From positions 8,370,001-8,434,000 of the forward strand of contig CM035352.1 of NCBI GenBank assembly GCA_020137815.1: a stretch of DNA of 64,000 nt, read 5' to 3'. The position numbers were made by a program, and so were the translations under genes. Under the pieces are notes generated by a model. It was not told where the DNA came from and ran no database searches. It worked only from the letters and a program-made list of their open reading frames with translations. Positions 24,001-33,202 of the stretch are shown here, one piece after another. The DNA is from Hormiphora californensis (taxonomy: Eukaryota; Animalia; Ctenophora). Positions within the stretch are counted from its first letter, which is position 1. Each line of letters begins with the position of its first letter.

Positions 24001-26614
24001 GTCAATAGGCCCCTGAACCACCAAAAAAAAGTCCCAAGCCCAACTCCTGGGGGAAGTGCCCCTAATTGGCCCTAATTGATTACAGTGTATTTGTAACCAT
24101 CAATTAAATCGTAAATCGTCTTAGGAAAGGAGTAGAGGGAAAACCAAGGGCACTAAAGTGTTCAGCGTCCTCGCATTAGTGGGGGTAGGTGCTGGAATTA
24201 AGTCTCTATCTCATCTGGTTAATTAGATAATTGGATAATTAGGTTTGCACAGAGCCGTTTTTTGGCTACATGGCTATAGCCACTTAGGAAAAGAGTAGAG
24301 ACAAAACCGAGGGCACTAAAATGATCAGCGTCCTCGAATTAGTGGGGGTAGGTGCTAAAATTAAGTCTATCTCATCTGGTTAATTAGATAATTGGATAAT
24401 TAGATCCGCACATAGCCGTTTTTGGCCACATGGCTATAGCCACTTGGGAATGGTTTAGAGACTTTTCACTGGTGCCATTTTGTAGGCAATGGCTAAGTTA
24501 TGGGGGGTCGTGGTCGGACTTTTAAGCTCTATCTCAAACCGTTTAGCCGTTATTTGGATTCAAAGGTGCTGAAAATGAGCAAAAAATGGTAAAAAGTACG
24601 ATTTTGAGCCTCTTAGTGGATTTTTTGCTCATTTTCAGCACCTTTGAATCCAAATAACGGCTAAACGGTTTGAGATAGAGCTTAAAAGTCCGACCACGAC
24701 CCCCCATAACTTAGCCATTGCCTACAAAATGGCACCAGTGAAAAGTCTCTAAACCATTCCCAAGTGGCTATAGCCATGTGGCCAAAAACGGCTATGTGCG
24801 GATCTAATTATCCAATTATCTAATTAACCAGATGAGATAGAGACTTAATTCCAGCACCTACCCCCACTAATGCGAGGACGCTGAACACTTTAGTGCCCTT
24901 GGTTTTCCCTCTACTCCTTTCCTAAGACGATTTACGATTTAATTGATGGTTACAAATACACTGTAATCAATTAGGGCCAATTAGGGGCACTTCCCCCAGG
25001 AGTTGGGCTTGGGACTTTTTTTGGTGGTTCAGGGGCCTATTGACTATCGGATTGTGCAAAAATTAGCTTGCCCCTAATGATTTCTTGGTTCTAACAAGAA
25101 TTCCATGAATTAACTTGGAAAGTTTGACTCCTGTTGACCTTCTAGGTTGTACTTCCTTATTTTGAGTACTAAACTGCTAGACTTAGATTTATACCCTGAT
25201 ATTCTCCAAATCGAGTTGTTAGCTTGTTTACTACTGGTTGTGTAATCATTACCAGCCCCGAGAAAGTCCTTTGCCATTCGATGAAAAGTAATGTAAGGAG
25301 ATTTAGCTCGAGTTACAATGGGTGGCCCAAAGTAGCTTTCCTCTATCAATATTTTAGCATCTATCGTAAAAGATTCGACCTTGGCTAGATCTTCTAAAGG
25401 CCCGAAGGTCCTGTCCCTACCCGTTACGCATGAACTTGAAAACGTCTGAGAAAAGGTTGCATTTAATCCAGTGGTTATGTTAGTCATAGTAAATAATGCT
25501 TTACACATCCACTCCTTTGTTGATTCTAACGGTTTACAAGAAAGGACTACTCCAACGAATTTGCCACGTTACAGCCCAATCCGCAATGAAACCTCTTGTA
25601 AAGTGCGAGATTCGCTGTACGATACGTCTGGTAAGCACTGCAGTGTAGAGAACAGAAAGTCCGTTTGGAATGTAGTAGTAGTGGCCATATGGTCTGCCTA
25701 AAGAAGAAAAAACATAATTGGAAAAAAGAAAAGTTCGACAGACAACTGACAGTGGCAAGTAAGCAGCAATTGCTAGTTTGAAATTTCCAAAAGAAAATCT
25801 AAAAGGAGGCTAGTGAAACATGTAGTGAAACTTGTACTTTTAATCTTTTCCGTTTTTACCTTCCTACATATCACTTGTGTAAATACGCGACCCCAATCAC
25901 GCCGGGTATCACATATTTAGTCCTGTTTGGCAACACAAGGGGGCCGACTCATTTTTATAAGCTCTGTCCCAGACTGGACGTCTGGGACAACATCAATTAT
26001 CTAGGCTTGTCGGGCTATCCGGGATTATATTATTATATACGTGACGTGTGTAGGTACGTGTACTGTATGTGCGACATATTCCCATATATTCGATATTGTC
26101 TGTCCCATCTAAATTCCCTTTACCCTCAAATTTACCGGGAATCTCAGAGGAACTTTAACCCCCCCCCCCCCCCGGTAAATCGGGGTCCCACTGTGGCAAT
26201 GTAACAACGGGGGGAGGGGGGGTCCAGCCCTATTATATATACTTATCAACTCTCAACTCCTAGTAACTCTATCTCTTCCAGGAGTACGAGGAGGTTTGTT
26301 GGAGGTTACTACGTGATGCTCCCTGTAACGATTGTACCAACCCAGCGCAGTTTGTCAAGGAAATGTCAGCTGTAGTACGAGAAGTAGCATCTACCCGTAT
26401 TATGCTAGGACAGTTAGATGTCAGTGGTTTAATTGTCCGCTTCCTCTCCACTCTACAAAGACACAAAGTTCAGTTAGAGAGCGGTTTTGTTAGTACTATT
26501 GTGTCAGTTCTAGTGTTGGAGGGGGTAGGACGGTCCCTGGATCCTGAGTTAGATATTCTCAAGGAAGCTGCCCCATTTCTTATTACACAGGTTGCTACAA
26601 GTAATGAAGAATGA
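14490..26614 (+). CDS. ADCK2: AarF/ABC1 atypical kinase, ADCK2-like; multi-exon, with the final exon at 26282-26614 (degenerate copy at 22121)
   Basis: GPCWVKLGQWAATRADLF (KxGQ motif), THPWSAT, SGAVGQVYRG, VAVKVLHPNI, EHENLATFRKNF..VRFPEP, IHGDLHPGNLLV, VVLDVGM, HKVQLESGF..LEGVGRSLDPELDILKEAAP. Confidence 0.9.
15714..16123. repeat. Intronic 12-bp minisatellite (ATACCCCATCTY)
   Basis: Visible 12-bp periodicity; it produces the spurious IPHL/SYTP/MGYK ORFs. Confidence 0.95.
17290..19038 (-). CDS. Single-ORF BTB/POZ protein with MATH-like N-terminal modules, nested antisense in the last ADCK2 intron
   Basis: 582-aa ORF. BTB-like segment IFSLKDNTKIPLNSLVLAFNSPVL...DVSDFEPESVRIFADACYTGKL; MATH-like LRIGLYKRGKFVGV...EWMCKASFTM; acidic tail. 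A polypyrimidine-AG acceptor lies 9 nt before the ATG. Confidence 0.75.
   Translation of the reverse strand: MATTTTFQTDFLFSALQCLPDVSYSESRTLQGVSLRIGLYKRGKFVGVVPSCKPLESTKEWMCKASFTMTNITTGVNATFSRTFSSTCVSGRSISFEPLEELAKVESFTIDAKISIEESYFGPPIVTRAKSPYITFHRMAKDFLGAGKDLTTSSQQANNSIWRISGYKAKSTSLVLKIKKYNLEGQQESNFPSGAVIITIRGPDSVETRTGNLGQKIVFREKICYKSVAIFLIHDQPFSCDVDVSKGFDFGREKLSLSALNSNTIFSLKDNTKIPLNSLVLAFNSPVLMDFIEKEGELEHDVSDFEPESVRIFADACYTGKLEILLDTTEFKVLSDFVKMVNVFKVDWAKDGCLEFYKRNLPIPCDDFDAYWNYAILALDSAVQYSDRRPLEFLLRVVPQNKTKLLFRISRLLAETTKRSHLDLVMVMVVEFDLVKEFMQQALALLTVRQPIPLLNYWLENFNFNLCEWDSLSVLAEAVELITEAEISCKLVAAIREDEYFIFLLSTSSSSSANSEEDEEDEFESENESEEVTTEAEESEAEVMEEPDGTLATVARNHWKVIGSSKWPCTNRRPFSLAKMKI
19208..21596 (+). 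mobile_element. 5'-truncated CRE-clade (RLE-type) non-LTR retrotransposon: RT, CCHC finger and frameshifted restriction-like endonuclease
   Basis: ORF 19171-20994 has GPSGAD, GIRPIGIGEVLRRL, DASNAFNSLNR, GTTQGD, FYADD and LPVRFGGLG; downstream are CACG..DHLISC and RHNNVRD. 11-bp TSD CCGTTTTTACC at 19197-19207 and 21597-21607. The empty site is visible in the duplicate at ~25850-25860. Confidence 0.88.
22121..23462. pseudogene. Degraded duplicate of the ADCK2 last exon/3'UTR and of the WAVE 3' end
   Basis: Colinear with 26282-27672 but carries many indels (GRAVPGVHLT-stop instead of GRSLDPELDIL; scrambled WH2/acidic exons). Confidence 0.75.
23531..25688 (-). pseudogene. Partial second copy of the MATH-BTB gene (5' ~55%), interrupted by a foldback element
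   Basis: Near-identical to 18068-19038, with small indels and the insertion at 23923-25112. Confidence 0.8.
23923..25112. mobile_element. 1.19-kb non-autonomous foldback DNA transposon with a 3-bp TSD (Academ-like geometry)
   Basis: Termini TAAGTCATGGAA / TTCCATGAATTA, with ACT duplicated (23920-23922, 25113-25115) relative to the empty site CCACTTGGAAAG at ~18458. Almost the whole element is an inverted repeat centred near 24600, with a ~160-bp unit duplicated in the left arm. Confidence 0.82.
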
Positions 26615-27033
26615 TAATAGGCTGTAATTTATTATTGTCGTTATAGTGTTTTCTGTATGGGACCACCTTTTGTCTCAGATCTTGATATACGTAACATTAT
26701 AGAGGGCTCGGGAATATATTTATTGAGATTTTGTAAGATTTTATTTTGTCAGAATTGTTGTATACGAGAAAAACGATTGTGTTTTGTGGGTTTAATCAAC
26801 GTAAATTCAGCGACAGAGGGCAATAAAAACATGCAAATGGTAAAAATAAATATACAAAAACTGATAAAAAGTTCTTTTTTCGAGTCAGGAATGAATGTAA
26901 GAGAATTTAGGATTTAAAGTTCATTATTGGCTTGACAATTCATCACATACACACGGGATTCCAGGCACTACTTTTTAAACAAAAACACGGACTATTAGCA
27001 TATTGACAAGATGTACACGCACAGACGCACATT

Positions 27034-27254
27034 TCTCTTCTCTTCTCTTCTCTTCTCTTCTCTTCTCTTCTCTTCTCTTCTCTTCTCTTCTCTTCTCTTC
27101 TCTTCTCTTCTCTTCTCTTCTCTTCTCTAATTCTCTTCTCTAATTCTCTTCTCTAATTCTCTTCTCTAATTCTCTTCTCTAATTCTCTTCTCTTCTCTTC
27201 TCTTCTCTTCTCTAATTCTCTTCTCTTCTCTAATTCTCTTCTCTTCTCTTCTCT
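27034..27254. repeat. (CTCTT)n pentanucleotide repeat immediately after the WAVE stop codon
   Basis: Directly visible. Confidence 0.93.
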
Positions 27255-29371
27255 CTAATTATTGTCCCCATCCCACTCCTGATCGCTGCTATCTTCCTCA
27301 CTCTCTGAATCACTCCATTGCATGACAGGCCGGCGGCTCAGGATGGCCATAACATCCATACTGGCATATTGGCTCTCTGCAGGCTGCCGTTGTTCTGCAG
27401 TCACCTGATTGGGGGATTATTTTATGAAGGAGCAACGTCTAACTTTATAAAGGAGCAGTAACTAGGGTTGGCCTGGTAACGAGGGTACTGTACCTTCTTG
27501 AGGGTATTCAGGGAGTATCCCTGAATCTCGTCTAGCATGTTCCTCGGTTTCCCACTCGCTGCTGTTGCTGCTGCCGGTACAGGTGTCAGATGTGATGCTG
27601 TTGTTGCTGCTAGAGGGGCGGCAGGTGCTTTAGGTGCTGAGGGCGCCCGCGGAGCAGGGGGTGCCATTGGTGCTTGTGGAGCACGAGGTGCTGGAGGGGC
27701 GAGGGGGGCCGAGGGTGCAACGACAGGGGGCCTGATCGGCTCATCATAATGCACCTCAGTAGCCGGCAAATCAATCGGCCTAGAAATAATTAAATATATT
27801 CATCAGTTAAATTGGAATCAGCTTTCCAGTGGAATTGGAAATCGAAAATCGTCCCAAAATTCCGAATCTGAATCATGTGTGTGGGCGTGGGAAAATCTGT
27901 TTGAGAACCCATGAGAGCGCGCGGAGTGACCCAGTGATCTGTCACGGCGCGCTCCACCCAAGTTTCCCAAATGTTCTTCCTTACCTGTTATTATACTCGG
28001 ATGAGGGATAATCCAGGTCTGGAGGGGGCGGTAGAATATCCAACTGCTGATCCAGATCTGGGGGCTGCAGGGGTGGTGGTAGGGAGTTAGGGAAGTCAAC
28101 CGGGTCAGGATAGAATTCTGGATCGGGCGCTTCCTGCCCAGCCTCGTAACATATCTCTAGATCTTCCTGCCTTATCTGGGCTTCCCTTACTGTGTACTTG
28201 CCTGGTTACAGGATATAAAACTGTTATTGCACGTTCACAGTTACACAGCTTCTCTCTCTGTCACACTACTCGGGGTAACTAATAGGCAAGCTACTTTATT
28301 TGTTATGAGATGCTAGTGACAGCTGTTACTAGCAGCTGTCACTCGACTATAACAGTAGTCGAGTTATCAGTTATCAGCGACTTGAACAAATCGAAACGAT
28401 ATTTTTAATTTTTTTTCTCGTTTCGGGAGGCTATGTAAACACTGACCTAGAGCATCAACTTCATATTTCTTAGTTGTAATTGGACGGGGTTCCTTTCTCT
28501 CCTTCGTCTTTTTACTTTTCTTCCTCCCTCTCTGAATTAGTGGTAAAATCACACGATGGGATATTGGGTTTCCTTTCCTCTACACACACCAGTCACACAT
28601 AGGACACATTTACATGCTTGGAGTTACTGTGGAATGTAGGAAGAGAAAAGGGGGAGAAAAGGGGGAAGTCAGAAGACTTGCTGGTATAAGATACTGGGTA
28701 TGTCGTGGGGTGACGGGTGACCCGTGACATCCTGTTTCACCGCGCCCTATGACAGATAAAAAGTGGATGGAGGACTAATTGGGGTACAGGGTACAGGGTA
28801 CTGGGTACTTGGTACTTGGTACTTGGTATTGGATACTGGGTGCTAGCTGGGGGTGTCTTTAAGTACCTACCCGTTTATTTTGTCGCTCATATTCCTGCTG
28901 CATTTTAGCCATCCAAACTTTTCCGAAATAGTGCGGGTCGGTATACAAATGCATCGTCTTCTTCTCGTCTTCCCATAGATTATCCATAACCTGGAATTAA
29001 AATGTAGTTGTAAAATATTTCTTGTTACCATACTATTATGTTACTAGATATTACTATAGTACTGATATTGAGAGTGATAGAATTCTCTAGATAGTAGATA
29101 CTGGTCACTTGATGTTGCACTGTAGTAGTATTTCAACGACCATTATTAATTGTGTTTAGATGTTTAGATGTTATTAACTCTCTGCTTCTCTTTATTCTCT
29201 CATTTTATTTCTCTCTCTCCCTCACTCACTATGTTTGTTATATCGCTTCCTATACGATCTACTACGCATCTCTCCTTGACTAATCTGCCTGCGTGTACAA
29301 TATAAGGATTGCCTATCAGTGCTAGATGAGCTACTATTTTAAGAGGAAGAGAGAGAAAGAGAGATAGAGAT

Positions 29372-29454
<83 letters not shown>

Positions 29455-31491
29455 TGTGACTAGAGGGATGGTATGTACAGCTACTCACTCAGACAGCTAT
29501 ATTATTGTGCTCAAATTATACCCTAAAAGTCCTTGCGGAGAGGAAGGGAGAGAGAAATAAAAAATACTGCTTGGAGCAGGGGGAGAGAGATGCTTGATTT
29601 GTATTTCTCTCCCTACACATCGAACTGTCAATTAATAAATGTATCTTGCTACTGTATGGAGGGGATGAAAAATGGGACTAAACTTTAAGGGCGAGTAAGG
29701 AAATCATGAAATTTAAGAGACCCATCAATTTCTTCCTGAATATCGGAAATATGGATATCTTTCCTTGATCTACCGGACCCTCAAGGAGCTGTCAGGCCAA
29801 TGCTCTGACAGTCACAGAGCATGCTTATTATGAAGTAAAATGTGCGGCGGTGTGAGCCACCCAAATCTTTGCCTCATGAGGTATAATAGCTGCGTGTTAT
29901 TACTAGAGATTAATCTAAATGGGTAACAGTGCTAGAGTATAACTGCAGGTAACAGTGTTATCATTACAGCTAGGATAACATATACGGGTAACAGGGTGTT
30001 ATCATTACTGATTACCTACCTGGAGGGGAGGGGGTAACTCTGCAGCGGTATATCGCTCCCTGACACAGGGAGTTCTGTTGTCTTTTATCACCACATTCTG
30101 ATCGACAGCCACCTCTCTCGTATACCGGAATCCTTCCCCATCCACCTGGTTCAAATCTGCAGTGGGGGCCACGGTGATTAGTTTGGTGATGCCTCGTGGG
30201 CTTCGTGCGGCTAGTAGTGGAGGGGTGACTGCGTCATGCGTCACCCAGTGGGTGATTAGTGGGTGACAAAAGGGTGCACGTGACTAGTGCAGTGGGTGAT
30301 TGTTGAGTGACTAGTAGCTGATGGTTGATTGTGCTTCAAATGCGATCGTGATTAACTGGTTAAAAGATATTTAAGAGGAATCGAAAATTACTCGTTTATG
30401 CCAAAATTGAGAAAATATATTGAATTGCTAACTTAAATCAATCATTGGTCGCTGCAGGTCGCCAGGAATTAGTAATCAAGACCATCGTCAATCAGATCGG
30501 CCAGATCCTCAACCCTTTCCACCACACTTTCCTCAATCTCCTCGGCAAAGTCCACAGCCTCGTCCTCAATCCTGTATCTGAGGTTCTGAGCCTTCTCCGC
30601 CGCCCTGCGGAGCAGGCGTTGAAAAGCTTCCTTCAGTTCCTCGAAAGGAGAAGGCTCAGAGGTCGGGCGGGGCCTGGGCCGGTCAGTGTAGTCAGTGTAG
30701 TTTTTGTCAGAGCGGGTAGAGATGACGGCCAGGACGGCAAGGATAACAACACAAGTTCGGATCATGATGGTACGATGGTTGGATCGAGTGGATTGAGAAA
30801 TGAGGGGTTGTGCGGTGGTTTTATACTGGAATTGGGACAATGCAGTAGTGCAACCTGCCAGGTGGGCAACAAACACCGTATTGTTATAAAACTCTCCTAT
30901 AGAGGACGAGAGAAGGGGAGGGAGAGAGGGGGGAAGAGAGGGGGAGAAAAAGAGGGAGAAAGAGAAAGAAAGAGAGATACTGAACTCCCTTTAAAAATTA
31001 AATGCTGGAAAAGCTGGATAGGGTAGTAACAAAGCAGCCACGTGAAAGTAGAGGCGCGCTAATGGGAATTCTTTATTTCTGGTAACTCAATATTATAGTA
31101 CTACTTTAAATATTTAGAACTGCGTGATTAAAAGAATTCTGTTAGTTACTGGAGGGAAGTTCAACTACCGGGAGGGCCTATTATTTATTAGAACAATATC
31201 AAGAGCGTGCACTCACTTTTTATCGGAGCGGATTAAAACGTGATCATTGTTCGCAGTGATGAGAACACAGTGAGCTGAGCTCACCAAGTTAGTTAGGAGC
31301 TCACTGAGCTCTTTATTAAACTAACTTAGTGGAAGCATAGTTTCCCAGTGATAATAATACTAAAAACTCACTTATGGCCTGATAGTTTCGGTTCATTGCC
31401 GTTCACCTTACTCCCCATATCCTTAACCCTGTTCTCCAACTGTCGAGCCTTGCACATCGTCCTACTTGCCTGGGATGAGAGAGTGGGTGAG

Positions 31492-31547
<56 letters not shown>

Positions 31548-31609
31548 GGACAGAGAGACAAGAGAGACCGAGAGACAGAGGAGAGAGCGAGAGAGAGAGA
31601 GAGAGAGTG

Positions 31610-31650
<41 letters not shown>

Positions 31651-32148
31651 GAGAGAGGAGAGAGAGGAGAGAGACGAGAGAGAGAGATGAGAGGAGAGAG
31701 AGAGAGGAGAGGATTGGTGTAAAGTGTTTCACAAGCAATAACTATAAGCTACACACACAACACACCACACACTCCCCCCCCCCCCCTCGTGTCACCCTCT
31801 GAATAGAGCCTTTCCAACCCTATCCTTTGTGATGATCACTCAAAGTGTGCTACAATATGAGTGATCTGTCACCATCCCCATTCATCGCTCCCCATTCTCC
31901 TTGTACCTCATAGTAGGTGACATTGACCAACTATATACCCAGATCAAATAAAATGCAGTGTGAGCCGCACAAAATAGCTTCAAGCTTGGTACCTCATCGG
32001 CCAATCCAGCAAATATCTCTTCAGCGTCCTCTGCCAATTGAGCCATTAATCTCATGACGCCCACAAAGCCGAGTGTAGAGTCTCCAAAAGGTGCTTTTAC
32101 TGGGAGAGATACAACTCTATTTATCCGAAGTGTCCCACAACTAGCCAT
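27255..32148 (-). CDS. WASF: WAVE/SCAR (WASF) actin nucleation-promoting factor, multi-exon
   Basis: WHD pieces MRLMAQLAEDAEEIFAGLADE, ARQLENRV, DQNVV..RTPCVRERY..AELPPPLQ and LYTDPHYFGKVW; basic region GRKKSKKTKERK; Pro-rich region; WH2 RNMLDEIQGYSLNTLKKV; central DVMAILSRR; acidic end SDSESEEDSSDQEWDGDNN-stop. Confidence 0.9.
30469..30765 (-). CDS. 98-aa intronless putative secreted protein nested (same strand) in a WAVE intron
   Basis: MIRTCVVILAVLAVISTRS signal-peptide-like start, GC-rich codon usage unlike the flanking intron, TATAAAA at 30825-30819 upstream, acidic amphipathic C-terminus. Confidence 0.65.
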   Translation of the reverse strand: MIRTCVVILAVLAVISTRSDKNYTDYTDRPRPRPTSEPSPFEELKEAFQRLLRRAAEKAQNLRYRIEDEAVDFAEEIEESVVERVEDLADLIDDGLDY

Positions 32149-32301
32149 ATCTTCTATCAAGATGTAACTTAGTTTCACAAAGAGAAACAAGTTAGTTCAA
32201 GTTGGACAAATGTTTCGATAAACTTGTTTCTCTTTGTTATTTGGCTCTCGAGGGATCCCGATTGAGAACTGTCGGTGGGAAATGAACAAGTCGTGTAGAA
32301 C

Positions 32302-32480
32302 AGAGAATAAGGATCGGTTGATTGTTTATTAGCCGCATATCAGTGAGGAAGTTTTGTTTTCTCCTTCCGGCTGGACAAATGAGTAGACGTAGATTTTATT
32401 GTAGAATAACGCGTTATTCTACAATAAAATCTACGTCTACTCATTTGTCCAGCCGGAAGGAGAAAACAAAACTTCCTCAC
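32302..32480. mobile_element. Short insertion containing a spacer-less 138-bp perfect palindrome (32343-32480), flanked by 13-bp direct repeats
   Basis: Palindrome centred on AACGCGTT (32408-32415); AGTCGTGTAGAAC at 32289-32301 and 32481-32493. Confidence 0.75.
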
Positions 32481-33202
32481 AGTCGTGTAGAACTTATAGT
32501 TTCCTCTAATTCTAAATTTCTCAGTAGGTAGAATGGCTTATCATTTAGCTCCAATTGCTATAATAATAGACAGCTATTAGATTCGGGATTTGAATTAGCT
32601 ATCTGAATAAAGCTGGGATGTGCTAACATATATTCTTGTTTTACACTATCTGTCATCACTGCTGAGTCTAATATTACATATATTGTGTGTAAGAAGCCAT
32701 CGAGCAGTATGATTTGATTTGATTTGAAATAGATATTATATAAACGTACAAATTGCACATTAAATAAATACCCGACTGACTCTTACTAATAGTTTAGCAG
32801 CCTATGGCGCGAGTGCTTACGTCTTAAAAAAAAACTAATTTAAAAATATTTAAAAAAAGTAGCTATAAGGCTACGACACACTCTTATACTAGTTATAAGC
32901 TAAATTTATTTCACTCAATAATAATAACAATTATACTTAATACTTACCCTTGATTCCCAGTTCCCCACCTCCCTCCCCCATGAACCATACCCCGAATTTA
33001 ACGTCATGTCGACTGTTGGGTAGATGTTAAGATCAGTTATAATTCACATCTGTGGTGCGGGTCCACCATCTTGTTTCAAACTGTTCAACACCACTCCAAA
33101 CCTTCAATTTGAGTACAATGCAAGAATGAAAGCTATGTGCGGAAGAAGGACAGTTACTGTAAAGTTAAAAGAAGAGAAAGGGGCCCACACCACAGCAGCG
33201 AA

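Noticed and set aside
23922-25113. piggyBac/Kolobok call from TTAA at both ends
   Set aside because: The empty site at ~18458 has no TTAA; the duplicated target is ACT.
30445-31026. 193-aa plus-strand ORF
   Set aside because: Antisense shadow of the GC-rich secreted-protein ORF, running into a GA tract; non-ATG start.
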